Shown one piece after another: positions 1-13,326 of a stretch of 64,000 nt of DNA (the stretch's first letter is position 1; each line of letters begins with the position of its first letter). A model generated the notes under the pieces. That model was given only the letters and a program-made list of their open reading frames with translations, had not been told where the DNA came from and did not search any database. The stretch spans positions 27,776,001 through 27,840,000 of the forward strand of contig OX597819.1 in the NCBI GenBank assembly GCA_951406725.2, written 5' to 3'. This DNA comes from Octopus vulgaris (Eukaryota). The position numbers were made by a program, and so were the translations under genes.

Positions 1-254
1 CACTACAATTTATTTAGGTGGCAGATAAAATAATAATGATTCTTAACATAGGCACAAGTAACAACTTTCAGGGAAAGAAGTTGATTTACTCAATCTAATT
101 ACTCGAACGGTACATATTTTATGTAAATCCTACCTCATCACTGGAAGGATGAAGTCCTGAGTTGACCACAGTGTAGATTCAACTCCTCAGAACAAAGTGA
201 AATGTGCAAGAACAAATAATAGGGATTTTGCTGCATTTTGGAAGAGTCATTAGG

Positions 255-845
255 CCTGGCAGAAACGTTAGCATGCTGAGTATTTCGTCTGCCGTTACAT
301 TCTGAGTTTAAATTCCGCTGAGGTCGACTTTGCCTTTCATCCTTTCGGGGTCGATTAAATAAGTACCAGTTACACACTAATCCGTGTGTATGTCCTTGTT
401 TGTCCCCTCTGTGTTTAGCCCCTTGTGGGTAGTAAAAAAATGGGTATTTTGTCTGCCATTACGTTCTGAGTTCAAATTCCGCTGAGTTCGACTTTGCCTT
501 TCATCCTTTCGGGGTCAATTAAATAAGTACCAGTTACGCACTTAATCTGTCTGTCTGTCTTTGTTTGTCTCCTCTGTGTTTAGCCCCTTGTGGGTAGTAA
601 AGAAACAGGTATTTTAAAAGAAGGCAGCAAGCTGGCAGGAACGTTAGCGCGCCGGGCAGAATGCTTAGCGGTATTTTGTCTGCTGTTACGTTCTGAGTTC
701 AAATTCCGCCAAGGTCAACTTTGCCTTTCATCCTTTCAAAGTTGATTAAATAAGTGCCAGTTAATCACTGGGGTCGATGTAATTGACTTAATCCTTTATT
801 TGTCCCCTCTATGTTTAGCCCCTGCTGGGCAATAAAGAAATAAAT
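255..845 (+). mobile_element. Three tandem partial copies of tRNA-derived SINE family B (Nin/Deu-like central domain)
   Basis: Repeated ...gttcaaattccgccgaggtcgactttgcctttcatcctttcggggtcgattaaataagtaccag...gtttagccccttgtgggtagtaaagaaa units; same family at 7412, 8029, 18807, 52152, 58192. Confidence 0.85.
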
Positions 846-1080
846 AAACACACACAGTGGTTCAATTTTATTATTATGATTATTCTGTCAGAACCAATAG
901 CACATTGGGTGAAATTAGCAGTATTTCGTCTGTCTTCACATTCTGAGTTCAAATTCCGCCAGGGTCAACTTTACCTTTCATCCTTTCAAGGTCGATAAAA
1001 TAAGTATCGGTTGAGAACTAAGGTCAATGTAATCAACTATCTTCCCCAAAATTTCAGGCCTTGTGCCTTTAACAGAAAGG

Positions 1081-1662
1081 ATTATTATTATTATCATTAT
1101 TATTATTATTATAATTATTATTATTATTGAGTGAGAGAGCAGTGCATGCCATCAAAGTGACACTGGGGTAAAATATACAAAGCCCAGTATACCCATCATG
1201 ACTACCCGTCTGATAAGGGTATGCCAGGCACATGCATCACAGCCATATGTGCGCGACATGGTGATCTCATATCAAAATAAACAGCACATGACCTTGCAGG
1301 TGGGGCCCAGTTAGAATTTTCTTCTGGACAAGTAACCCATCCCGCTCAAAAGGTCCATGAATAAGGGTTCTTTAAGGATGTTGAACGAAACACCCTTGTT
1401 TCCAAAGGTGAATTATTCAAACCCCAAAGAATCCCTCTCAACACATGGCTATGATGCTCCCCCACTACTTCTGCTCGTGATCAGAGATGCACATATCGTC
1501 AGCTACTAAGGGACATGCTCAACTGGTTATGGTCAAACAAGTGACAAGCAAATCTGTGGTATTGAGCAGAATATTTGCTGTAGCCCATCTTTTATACCAA
1601 GACAAAACAATGTACATGATAACACTTCCAATCAGTTAAGATCAGAAGCCATGAGAGCCACT
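1081..1662 (-). mobile_element. Probable retroposon 3' end with (AAT)n tail
   Basis: About 530 bp of non-low-complexity sequence ending in an (AAT)n tract on the minus strand; single copy in window, family not assigned. Confidence 0.35.
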
Positions 1663-2199
1663 GTGTGTGTGTGTGTGTGTGTGTGTATTTGTGTGTCTCC
1701 CCTCCCCCGGCATCGTTGGTGTGTTTACGTTCCCGTAACTTAGCGGTTCGGTAAAAGTGACCGCAAGAATAAGTACTAGGCTTACAAAGAATAAGTCCTG
1801 GGGGTCGATTTGCTCGACTATAATGGCGGTGCTCCAGCTCGGCTGCAGTCAAATGACTGAAAAAAGTAAAAGAGTAAAAGAGTATATGCTTAAGCTTCGA
1901 GAAAAGAAAGAAACAATGCGTTAAAAAAAAAGCTATGCTATATTTTTATAACGAAGTTATTCCGCTTTGTAAGATAATTGTCTCCCTTGGATCCGTAACT
2001 TTTCGTAACTTAAAAAATAACTGTTTTTCCATAAAACTATAGAAATTAAAATGAAATTTGGTTTCGCTCTGTTCAGGTGTAAGGTCAATCGCTGAACTAA
2101 TTATGTAATTAAATCGTCCGTAATATATAACTGGTACATACACATCACTGACTATAGCAGAAGCAGGATCAAAACACATGAGAAAACGAAAGTAATCAT

Positions 2200-2855
2200 A
2201 TCTTTCACTTGTTTTAGTCATCGGAGTGCGGCCATGCTGGGGCACCATCTTGGACGTTTAGTCCAGCGTTTCTCAACCATTTTTTTGCCCATGGACCTCT
2301 TTGATACCTGCTTTTTCTATTGGACCCTCCAAATCATTTAATAATGCTTTAAAAAAATTCTATTATATTTTTATAATGAAATATCATAAAGAATTGTATT
2401 AAATAATTGTGAAAATATTTTCTGTATTGTAGAGTTATACCCAATTCCTTGCACGTAAAGGGTCATGTGGATCCCAAAGGGTCATGTGGATCCCAAAGGG
2501 TCATGTGGACCCCGATTGAGAATCACTGGTTTAGTCAAACAGACCAACTTCTGTACTTAATCTGGTACTTATTCTATCGATCTCTCTTTGCCGAACAGCT
2601 AGATTACGATGACGAAAGATGCAAACACTGGTTGTCAAGCGGTGACGGGGGGAGGGCAAACACAAACACAAAAACACAGACATGTGTGTGTGTGTGTCGG
2701 GATTCTTTCAGTTTCCGTCTACCAAATCCACTCACAAGCTTTTGGTCAGCCTGAGGGTATAAAAGAAAACACTTGCCCAAGGTGCCATGCAATGGAACAG
2801 AACCCAGACCCATGTGGTTGGGAAACAAACCTCTTACCATACAGCCACACCTGCA
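2200..2855 (-). mobile_element. SINE family A copy interrupted by a hAT MITE
   Basis: Homologous to the full SINE A copies at 34398 and 53815. Confidence 0.8.
2264..2528. mobile_element. hAT-type MITE
   Basis: TIRs cagcgtttctcaa / ttgagaatcactg; perfect 8-bp TSD gtttagtc (2256-2263, 2529-2536); internal ~3x repeat of aaagggtcatgtggatccc. Confidence 0.9.
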
Positions 2856-2992
2856 CATTTGATATACTAAAGAAAAATATTTTGTTGAAAACAGTTATCT
2901 ACTTCACTGCTCTCAGTTCAAATCATAAGGAGACAAAATATATATTTCTTCAGTTTATGGTTCATTGTTTCACATACAAATATTTTTATATA

Positions 2993-3926
2993 GGCGTAGT
3001 AGTGGCTGTGTGGTAAGTAGCTTGCTTACCAACCACATGGTTCCGGGTTCATTCCCATTTCATGGCACTTTGGGCAAATGTCTTCTACTATAGCCTTGAG
3101 CCAACCAAAGCCATGAGTGGGTTTGGTAGACAGAAACTGAAAGAAGCCCGTCGTAATTTTATAATGTATATATGTATGTTATGGTTGTCGGTTTGATAAA
3201 GAAATAAGTCAACATTCTAATATCCTAAAGCTGATAAACCAACAAAATTATTTCTCCATTTTCTTATTTGTAATGTATATATATATATATATAAATCAAA
3301 ATCAAAATCTTTTACTCTTTTACTTGTTTCAGTCATTTGACTGCGGCCATGCTGGAGCACCACCTTTAATCGAGCAACTCGACCCTGGGACTTATTCTTT
3401 TGTAAGCCCAGTACTTATTCTATCAGTCTCTTTTGCTGAACCGCTAAGTGACGGGGACGTAAACACACCAGCATCAGTTGTCAAGCAATGCTAGGGGGAC
3501 AAACACATACACACACATACATATATATATATATATGGCACATATATACGACAGGCTTCTTTCAGTTTCCGTCTACCAAATCCACTCACAAGGCATTGGT
3601 CGGCCTGGGGCTATAGCAGAAGACACTTGCCCAAGATGCCACGCAGTGGAAAGCGGAACCCGGAACCATGTGGTTGATGATGATATAGCTATATATATAT
3701 ATATATGTGTGTGTGTGTTTATGTGTTTATGTTTCTCCCTCCAACATTGCTTGACAACCGATGCTGGTGTGTTTACATCCCCGTAACTTAGTGGTTCGGC
3801 AAAACAGACCGATAGAATAAATACTAGTCTTACAAAGAATAAGTCCTGGGTCGATTTGATCGACTAAAGGTGGTGCTCCAGCATAGCCACAGTCAAATGA
3901 CTGAAACAAGTAAAAGAGTAAAGAGT
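2993..3926. mobile_element. SINE A (+) split by an antisense SINE A (3310-3675, minus)
   Basis: Left half 2993-3153 (+), near-full minus copy 3310-3675, right half 3700-3926 (+). Confidence 0.8.
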
Positions 3927-4179
3927 ATATGCTGGCAGAAAATTATTTTTCATTTTACCTTCCAATTATGAAACCTCAGAGAAGGTAAGTGGCTTAGTGG
4001 TTAGTGTACCAGGCCCATAATTTTTGTTAGGTCATGGCTTCAATTCTTAAATCAAGTAATGTCTTCTGTCTTTGATTTTCTGTATCTTCATTTCCTGTGT
4101 CCTTCGTTTTCTGTAGCTCCAGTATACATTCAGCTGAAAATAAGTACCAATGACACCTGAGGTTTAACCCCTTACATAA

Positions 4180-4450
4180 AGGATAAAGGGTAAAGGCCTT
4201 CAGTCACAAATGCCCATGGGACTGCACCTAGAAAGTTACCCTCCAAGGCACAAGTCTGGGTAAGGCTGCTGATGGAAGACCAGCAGTTGCCCATGCAAAC
4301 CAGCTTCGCCTCTCCAAGCCATTAATGTTGTCCAAGTAAAAGACAAAGTCAACTACAGCTTGGAACCAGTGGCAGTGCAACTCATTTCTACAGCTGAGTG
4401 AACAGGAGCAACATAAGATTCCCAGTCTGAGAACTCTAACCACTGAGCCA
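4180..4450 (-). mobile_element. SINE sharing the family-D core (actcagctg...aaatgagttg) with a different tail
   Basis: Reverse complement has a tRNA-like start (ggctcagtggttagag) and the core seen in the SINE D copy at ~15060; 3' part differs. Confidence 0.5.
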
Positions 4451-4545
4451 TATCCAGCTGAAATATTCAACCTATTTCATGTTCAAACCAATCAAATCCA
4501 GCCTCTCATACCTACCCTACAGTGTCATTCTAAAAATATATAACC

Positions 4546-5530
4546 ATCATCATCATCATCATCATCATTTAACATCCATTGTCCATGCTGGCAAGGGTTG
4601 GACAGTTTAACCAGGGCTTGTAAGCCAGAAGGCTGCACCAGACTCCAATCTGATTTGGTATGGTTTTCTATGGTTGGATGCCCTTCCTAACGCCAACCAC
4701 TCTGAGTGTGTAACGGATGCTTTTACGTGCCACCAGCACAGGTGCCATTCATGTAATACCAGTATCTGCCATGAAATAATGCCAAAGGTCTTGGTCATTG
4801 TTTCTGTGGAACCCAACACTCGAAAGGAACTCAACCACTTGGCCTCCATGAGGCCTAATGCTTGAAAGCAGCTCAGCCACTTTGCTTCCATGAGGCCCAA
4901 TACGCGAAATGTACTCTTTATGTGCCACCAGCACAGGTACTAGTTATGTGATACCAGCATCAGCCATGACTACGATTTGACTTGGCTTGACAGGTAGAGT
5001 CCAGAAGCTGGCTACCCGCATGGTTCATGGTCTCAAAAATTTGTCCTACGAAGAAAGGCTGAGGACACTCGACCTTTATTCTCTTGAAAAACGCCGCCGC
5101 CGTGGTGATCTCATTCTCACCCACAACATCATAAGCAGAAAGTGTAACTTCTCGAAAGAGCTGTTCTTCACTCCTGCTCCAGAGCGTTGGCTGCGGGGTC
5201 ATTCCGAAAAGCTCTACCTGCAACGATTTCATCTCAATCGAAGGAGAGGAGCTTTCTCCGTCCGGGTTGCGGATCCGTGGAACAAGCTGCCAGACGAGAT
5301 AGTGAAGATGCCGACGACCGCTTTGTTCAAAGCCTCCCTGGACCTCAAGTGGCCTGAACTCTTTACATGAACACCACCCTGTACTTAACTCCATGTCCCC
5401 CTACATGGCCTTGTTATTTGCTTTTGAGCCAAATTAACTAACTAACTAACTAACTAACTTCTCAAGTGCAGCATATCGCCAAAGGTTTTGGTCACTAGTC
5501 ATTGCCTGTGTGAGGCCCAAGGTCAAAGAT
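4546..5530 (-). mobile_element. SINE family E with (GAT)n tail, interrupted by a CR1-like fragment
   Basis: Motif ggatgcccttcctaacgccaaccac, also at ~5670 (+), ~54690 (-) and ~61250 (+); (cat)n at 4546-4568. Confidence 0.65.
4997..5459 (+). mobile_element. 5'-truncated CR1/L2-clade LINE: ORF2 C-terminus, 3'UTR and (TAAC)n tail
   Basis: RVQKLATRMVHGLKNLSYEERLRTLDLYSLEKRRRRGDLI...LRGHSEKL...FSVRVADPWNKLP is the typical CR1 ORF2 C-terminus; stop at 5370; tail aactaactaac. Confidence 0.9.
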
Positions 5531-6464
5531 CATGCTGGGTTAGCTGGTTGAAACACTGAAATTACTATCAACAACATTCTTGTATAAGAATAATAAATAC
5601 GCATACTCTTAAAAGTATAGAGTAACCCATCGTGGCATGTAAAAAGCACCCACTACACTCTTGAAGTGGTTGGTGCTAGGAAGGGCAACCAGCCACAGAA
5701 ACATTACCAAATCAGATTGGAACCTGGTGCAGCTCCCCAGCTTGCTAGTTTTCAGTCAAACTGTCCAACCCATACTAGCATGGAAAACGGACGTTAAATT
5801 ACAATGATAATGATAAAAACAAACATATATATATACATGTGTGTGTGTGTGTGCAAATACATATATATACACCAAGCTTCTTTCAGTTTTCGTCTCCCAT
5901 ATCCACTCACAAGGCTTTTCCCAGCCTAGGGCTATAGTAGAAGACACTTGCCCAAGTTGCCATGTAGTGGAACTGAACCCAGAACTATGTGATTGAGAAC
6001 CAAACTTTTTACCACACAGCCACACCAGTAGCTTATATGATGTAATAAAATGCTTATCTATAAACATGTACTTAAAATTGAAATGCTTAGTTGCACGACA
6101 CATTTTTCAAAATAAGATTATTAAAGAAATTAAAATTTCAACATGTCAAACTTAAAAAAAAAAAAAAAAAAAAAGATCTACACCATTATTACCCTAGATA
6201 GATTAGCTGTACAATCCTTAGCCTTGACAGCACAGATAAATATACTGGGTGACTGTAATGATAACCACCTACCCCCACAAACACAGGCACACACATACAC
6301 GTGAGATTATCGTGACACACTGTGGTGAATAACCTTGCAAACAACGTGTCAGAATTTAACATCAGTATGATGTATGTTAAGATATTAAACAAGGACACTT
6401 TGAAACTGGAAGCATAATTACGTAGACATGGCGTGACACCAGACTTATGAACTTATGTATAAAA

Positions 6465-6836
6465 TGGGAGTGCCTGTATGGTAAGAAGCTTGCTTCTCAA
6501 CCACATGGTTCCAGGTTCAGTCCCACTGCGTGGCACCTTGGGCAAGTGTCTTCTACGATAGCATCAGGCTGAGCAAAGCCTTGTGAGTGAATTCGGTAGA
6601 CGGAAACTGAAAGAAGCCCGTCGTATATATTCTTTTTATTCTTTTATTTGGTTCAATCATTTGACAGCGGTCATGCTGGAGCACCGCATTTACTCAAACA
6701 CATTGACCCTGGACATTCTTATTCTATAGGTTTCTTTTACCGAACTGCTAAGTGACAAGGACATAAACATACCAACATCAGTTGTCAAGCAATGGTGGGG
6801 GGACAAACACAGACACACAAACATATACACATACAT

Positions 6837-6911
<75 letters not shown>

Positions 6912-7280
6912 TGATGGGCTTCTCTCAGTTTCTGTCTACCAAATCTACTCACAAGGCTTTGGTCAGCCTGAGGTTATAGTAGAAGACACTTGCCCAAGGT
7001 GGCACGCAGTGGGACGGAAGCATGTGGTTGGTAAGCAAGCTACTTACCAAACAGCCACTCCTGCACCTATATGTATATGTATATATGTGTGTGCGTGTAT
7101 GTATGTGTGTCTGTATTTACATCCCCATAAATCAGTGATTCAGTGAGTCTGAATAGATAAATACCAAACTGAAAAATATAAGAACTAGGCTCAAATCATT
7201 TCACTAAAATTCTTCAAGGCAGTGCCCCAGCATGGCCACAGCCTAATGTCTAAAACAGGTAAAAAGTTAAAAGATAAAAA
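6465..7280. mobile_element. SINE A (+) split by an antisense SINE A (6631-7070, minus)
   Basis: Left half 6465-6630 (+), full minus copy, diverged right half 7080-7280 (+). Confidence 0.8.
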
Positions 7281-7411
7281 GGACCTGATATCAATTCATG
7301 ATACAATTAGATTTGTACTAATCCACATTTTCAACTATCCACCTCAACTTTGATGCCATCTCAGGAGGAACTGTGAATGCAACTAGCTATGTTTGTATGT
7401 ATGTGTAATAT

Positions 7412-7640
7412 CTATTTCTTTACTACCTACAAGGGGCTAAAGACAGAGAGGACAAACAAGGACAGACAAATGGATTAAGTCAATTATATCGAGCCCAGTG
7501 CGTAACTGGTACTTATTTAATCGACCCTGAAAGGATGAAAGGCAAAGTCGACCTCGGCGGAATTTGAACTCAGAATATAGCGGCAGACGAAATACTGCAA
7601 AGCATTTCGTCCGGCGTGCTAACGATTCTGCCAGCTCGCT
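7412..7640 (-). mobile_element. SINE family B
   Basis: Full-length reverse complement of the family B sequence seen at 18807. Confidence 0.9.
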
Positions 7641-8028
7641 GTATGTGTAATATCTATTACTCTTACTATCTGTATGTGTATATTTCTATATACACACACA
7701 TGGGTGTGTTGATGTGTTTGCCTCCAGTGCCAAAAAGTTCTGTCACCGAAACAGGTTGAATGTCCAACCTGCCGGGCCAAACCATCAGCAACCAAACGGC
7801 CCCACTCAGTTCGTTTCATTCCACTTTGAGAAGCACTGAAGTAAAGCATCCTGCTGGTAAAAAAACCCAAAAAAAACAACAATAGACAAAAAATACTCTA
7901 GTCATGTCATGAGAATGTTGTCGTTGTCATCATTTACCTAATGAAAAACGAGAGAAAAACCTCTGGCTATCTCAAAAATATTGGTTTCAAATTTTGACAC
8001 AAGGTCAGCAATTTTAGGGGAGGTAATA

Positions 8029-8262
8029 AGGCGGCAAGCTGGCAGAAACATTAGCACGCCGGGCGAAATGCGTAGCTGTATTTCGTCTGCCGTTACATTC
8101 TCAGTTCAAATTCCGCCGAGGTCGACTTTGCCTTTCATCATTTCGGGGTCGATAAATTAAGTACCAGTTACGCACTGGGGTCAATATAATCGACTTAATC
8201 CGTTTGTTTGTCCTTGTTTGTCCTCTCTGTGTTTAGCCCCTTGTGGGTAGTAAAGGAATAGG
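8029..8262 (+). mobile_element. SINE family B
   Basis: aggcggcaagctggcagaaac...gtgggtagtaaaggaatag. Confidence 0.9.
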
Positions 8263-8783
8263 TAATAAGTTGATTACATCAACCCCAGTGTCCCACTGGT
8301 ACTTATTTTATTGACCCCAAAAAAATGAAAGGCAAAGTCAACCTCGATTGAATTTGAACTCAAAACATAAGGACAGACGAAAAGCCAATTACCATTTTGA
8401 TCAATATGGTAACGATTTTCCCACCTCACTACCTTATCCCATGTAAATATTGCCATCATTTAGTCCTAATCAAGCAGATATCTCCAACCCACTTTTCTCT
8501 TCACCTTTAGTCACCTTTCCTGCATCCAACCTTTTGCTCCAGTTCCCTTGTAACCACTAAACCCAGTTCTTCTTCCCCAGAACACATCATCCCTCTGGAT
8601 TCTTCTCCCAGCTCAAGCCTCTCTCACAGTTGTTGAACAGTAACAGTTTAAACTACATTAACAGCATCAAGCTAAACAGTCTCAGAGGCTACTTATTTTA
8701 CTGACTCTGAAAGAATGAAAAGCAAAGGTCTAGGGCACTGCACCCCACTTCAGTTTCAGCAAGTAAAAAAAAACAATAAGAAA

Positions 8784-9004
8784 CCCTTTAGCATTTAAAC
8801 CGGCCATATCCGGCCAAAAGTATTCTGCCTGTTTTATGTTCAAACTGGCCAGATCTAGTCTCTCACACCAACCCTGCAATATCGTTTTAAAAATTAACAG
8901 CTACCTCATCAAAATCTCATAGCTACAAGATAATGCCTGATTAGTTCAAAACAATGTGGATGAAAAAGCATAAATTTTGGCAGAATAATGTGAACACTAA
9001 AGGG
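8784..9004. mobile_element. piggyBac-like MITE
   Basis: TIRs ccctttag / ctaaaggg, right flank TTAA (left flank GAAA); similar design to 58990-59210. Confidence 0.65.
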
Positions 9005-10049
9005 TTAAACCCTTTTTTTAGTTTTTCTATTTTTCCAGGAAGTTTGTATACATCAAGTTACAGTATCTGATGGAAACCTTTTTAAGATGGTAAAACATAG
9101 GTTTTAAGGGCGATTTTTGGCTGCTATTTCTAGCAGGTCGAATGGTCACACATATTTCCTTTGTTGGCTGTTCTCATGAGAATGAGAATTGCTGAGATAG
9201 AGTGTTTAACAACAAAGTGTTTTGCAGTTCATACATATTCAACCAAAAGCTTCAGTTCATGATTCACACCAGTGGTCCACAGCAAGGTTTTGGTCCTCCA
9301 CTTTTGCTCTGCTGTGATATAATGTACTTAAACATAAATTTATATTTGGTGGTATACAAATATATTCTATTCTTTTACCTCTTTCAGTCATTTGACTGCA
9401 GCCATGCTGGAGCACCACCTGAAAATTGTTACACTAAATAGATTTTTTTCGGAGATATTTCTATGTTTTTAAATTTTTCGATTCCCATGTATTTATGGGC
9501 CACAACTGAAAATAAAACAATTCTTTACAGTATTTCATGTGAAAGGTTTTCTAAGTCAACTGCTTTGCACGTAAATGTGCAGCTTATACGCGTAAGGTGA
9601 AAAATCGATAATTTTTACACGCATGAAATCTCAAGTAAAGTTTATTCAGCGCTTATAAACAGCTGGCATTTACAAGGGCAGGAATTATGTTAGAATGTGA
9701 ATTTCAATTCAGAATCAATTTTTCAAATCAACATAGCTACAATATGCAAGAGCAAATGTATACTGATTTTTTGCCTGAAATAAAATTCTTTGAAGTAAAT
9801 CTTCTCTTAAATGCAACATGACTTCCATCCAAATCCATTAATAGAATAGTGTGCAGGCTTTTCATGCTCACGGACATTCAAAATATTTCAATGACGTTAT
9901 GGCCACAGAAGATCTTCCGATTGCTGCTATAACCTATGTACTACACATTATCAATCAAATTATTCGATGAGTCAAAAAAAAGTTATGCGGGATTTCAATT
10001 TCTGCTACATAAAAGTCTGCCAGTATTTATGCGTATTGCTTTATTATTG

Positions 10050-10980
10050 AAGAGGTTTGATAATAGATAAATCAGTATAACATTACCAATTTCAGGTGCA
10101 GGAATTTGGGGTTCAGCTCTATGACAACAGTGACACATCTGACACACCTTACTAATAACTTTCTCTGCGTTATTTCACGGATTTTTGATACTTAAGATGC
10201 ACTTCCTACAGAGCATTAAAGAATTCTTAGGTCGGGCAGGTAACTTTTATTTTCGGAAAAACTCTTGGTGCTTCAATTATAACACTTATATTTTTTGAAT
10301 GCATTGGACTGTTGCCTTAATTATTCAGCTTATACATTGCCTAGATAAAGTATTGATTATTTGCCATGACATTCAAGTTGATATTCATCCATGAGTTATG
10401 TTATTCATGAGGCTGAAATTGTAACAAGCGTTGAAAATTAACTACAACATAAAGCAGTCTCACGCATACATTCATACCTCTTCTTTCACAAAATTAATTG
10501 CTTGGTCCAAACACTCCGACATGTTTTGTCCTACTACGACACTTTGTGATCGGGTTTACGACAGGCTAGTCATTTCAAGGAGTACTTGATCTTTTTGGCA
10601 AAACAACTTCTACTTTCAGCTTTTATTACACAAGGCGATTCTTTCATATTTTCCACAGACAGTTGGTAAGTGCTTACGATATCTTTAATCATTCACCTGT
10701 AAATGCCTTTTACATGCGCCTTACCTTTGTGATTACTCAATTTGCCATTTTGAGTACAAACACAGCTATTTTGACACTGCCATACATTCCTTAACCAGCT
10801 TGCCATGAAGTTTTCCATTTTAATCTAACTCACTGGCTTATCAGTAATTTTTTGTGACTTTCATGGCCGTTGTTAAACTCCAATTAGAATTATTAGTATT
10901 CTCCTTAAACAAAAAACATTTTGGGTTAGAAGGTAAAGCTGCCGTAACTGTGGTGTGCAAAGTAAGCAAAACAGTTGTGC
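10050..10980 (-). pseudogene. Highly decayed DDE integrase-like transposase fragments (Ginger2/KRBA2-type)
   Basis: Manual translation gives FCLLCTPQLRQ, RP*KSQ, KMENFMASWLRN, WQI, KAFTGE (compare FGAPxILQ, RPRHPQSQ, ENMLASW, YKAxFG) and an EVH...KVCQMCHCC zinc-finger-like stretch. Many stops and frameshifts. Confidence 0.4.
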
Positions 10981-13190
10981 ACAAATGTTATTACCTCTGT
11001 TTGTTGCTTCACAAAGTAACAGGACTGCAGTCATTCAAAGACCTTTGAATAGTCAGTGGTCATGTGTGTAGCACATGGAAGCACTCCGTCGGTTACGACG
11101 ACGAGGGTTCCGGTTGATCTGAATCAACGGAACAGCCTGCTCGTGAAATTAATGTGTAAGTGCCTGAGCACTCCGCAGACACATGTACCCTTAACGTAGT
11201 TCTCGGGGATATTCAGCGTGACACAGAGAGTGACAAGGCAGGCCCTTTGAAATACAGGTACAACAGAAACAGGAAGTAAGAGTGAGAGAAAGTTGTGGTG
11301 AAAGAGTACAGCAGGGATCACCACCATCCACTGCCGGAGCCTCGTGGAGCTTTAGGTGTTTTCGCTCAATAAGCACTCACAACGCCCAGTCTGGGAATCG
11401 AAACCGCAATCCTATGACCGCGAGTCCGCTGCCCTAACCACTGGGCCATTGCGCCTCCACTGCAGCACATTCAGGGAGGCATGCTTCAAACATGGTCTGC
11501 TTGAAAATGGCTCGCAGTGGATTTGCACATTATCAAAAGCTTCTCTTTTGCAATCCCCTAGCCGTCTACGTGTGCTGTTTGCAGTGTTACTACAGATGTG
11601 CGAGGTGGATGATCCAAACTCATTGTGGCTGAAGTTCCAAGATGATCTCTCAGAAGACTACAGACATCAGGCAATATTGCAGTATCCTGAACTGGATGGT
11701 ACCAGTGATGAGATTTACAATAGAGCACTGACTGACCTCAAGGACAGGGTTATTTCCTTTGGGGGTACTGATTTGCCCGACATACGGTTTACCAGCTACA
11801 CTCTGGTCAGTATACAACACACTTCCTTCAGCAGTCTTGCAAGGAACGTCGTATGACAAAGCGTTTCTTGCCCCATTCGTCAAAGAGGTGGAACCACAAC
11901 TGCTTCCAGACCAACGCCATGTTTACAACTGTATTGTTAGCAGTGGGCGTCGCCAATCTGGTGGCATTTTCTTCTTGGATGCACCAGGTGGCACTGGAAA
12001 AATCTTTTCAATCAAATTAATTCTTGCAAATGCACAGCAAAATGAAGACATAGCGTTAGCTGTAGCCTCCTCTGGGATTGCTGCCAATTTGATGCTAGGT
12101 TGGAGAATAGCACATTCCACCTTCCAACTTCCATTGAACTTAGTGGCTCCAGAAGCCCACTCCTGCAACATCAGCAAAAGTTTTGACCAAGGACAAGTAC
12201 TCCGATGGTGCATTCTTATAGTATGGGATGAGTGCACAATGGCTCACAGAGGAGGCTTAGAGGCATTAGAGCTCTGAGGGATATATGAGACAGTCAGGCT
12301 CCAATGGGCTGTGCAATGCTTCAACTGTAAAGTGACAAACTCTTCCTGTCGTTCCTAAAGGTACAAGGGCAGATGAAATACAAGTGTGCCTTAAGTACTC
12401 ACCGTTGTGGGGGTCATGTTACGACACTTACACTATCCACAAATATGAGCGCCCAACTTTATGGTGAGCGAACTTCTTTCCAGTTTGCTAAAGATATTTT
12501 GGAACTTGGTGACGGTAAGGTGCCTTTGGACGTGGCAGGTGAACTAAACATCTCGCCACTTTGTACCATTGTATCTTCTATCAATGAACTAAAGGACAAG
12601 GTGTTCCCGAATTTGCAGGAGAACTACTACAATCTTAACTGGTTGCATGAAAGAGCAGTACTTGCTCCTAAGAACACCACCGTAAGCAAGTTGAATGATC
12701 AACTTCTCCATTCTCTACCCGGAAATCATCAAACATTAAAGTCAATTAATAGCATGAGAGACAACAACGAGGCAGTTAATTATCCTGCTTCGGAATTTCT
12801 CAAATCACTGGACCCTCCATGTCTTCCTCTACATACATTGCAGCTGAAAGAAGGGATTCCAATAATGCTGCTTCGGAATTTGGAGCCGCCAAAACTATTG
12901 TAATGGAACACGACTGGTTGTTAAAAAAACTTCTTAACCACATAATAGAGGCTACCATAATTTCTGGGAGTGGTAAAAGAGACGATGTTTTCATACCACA
13001 AGTTCCTCTCATTCCATCAGGAGCAGCTATTCCTTTCTCCTTTCAGAGGCTTCAATTTCCCATTCGTGTCAGCTTTGCTATGTCAATAAACAAGTCACAA
13101 GGTCAGACACTGTCTGTTGCTAGCCTTCTTTTGGATGAGTCATGTTTTTCACATGGACAACTATACGTTGGCTGTTCGAGAGTGGTAAGA
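10981..13190 (+). mobile_element. Decayed autonomous Helitron, PIF1-like helicase half, split by a SINE
   Basis: CYYLCLLLHKVTGLQSFKDL*IVSGHVCST/TFREACFKHGLLE, Walker A FLDAPGGTGK, Walker B IVWDECTM, IMLLRNL, QFPIRVSFAMSINKSQGQTL, FSHGQLYVGCSRV across frameshifted ORFs. Confidence 0.93.
11077..11460 (-). mobile_element. SINE family C (tRNA-derived head, tail X)
   Basis: Head gtggaggcgcaatggcccagtggttagggcagcgg with A/B-box-like motifs; 10-bp TSD tgtagcacat/tgcagcacat inside the Helitron ORF. Confidence 0.92.
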
Positions 13191-13326
13191 CCATTGCGGA
13201 TCTATGTGTGTGTGTGTATATATATATATTTATATATATATATATATATATATATGAGATCGCTTTTCGTTCTCTCGGAGTAGATAAAATAAAGTACTAA
13301 TCAAGCACTGCGGTCTTTATACCCAT

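Noticed and set aside
2457-2515. CRISPR-like short repeats
   Set aside because: Spacer-less tandem 19-mers inside a hAT MITE in eukaryotic DNA.
10680-10960. Polinton/Maverick protein-primed PolB remnant (weak YTDTDS- and KGI-like matches)
   Set aside because: Needs several edits; integrase-type motifs (ENFMASW, KAFTG) fit better and in order.
11356-13283. Functional host PIF1 helicase gene
   Set aside because: Stops, frameshifts, a SINE insertion, no introns and Helitron-specific upstream motifs indicate a dead Helitron.
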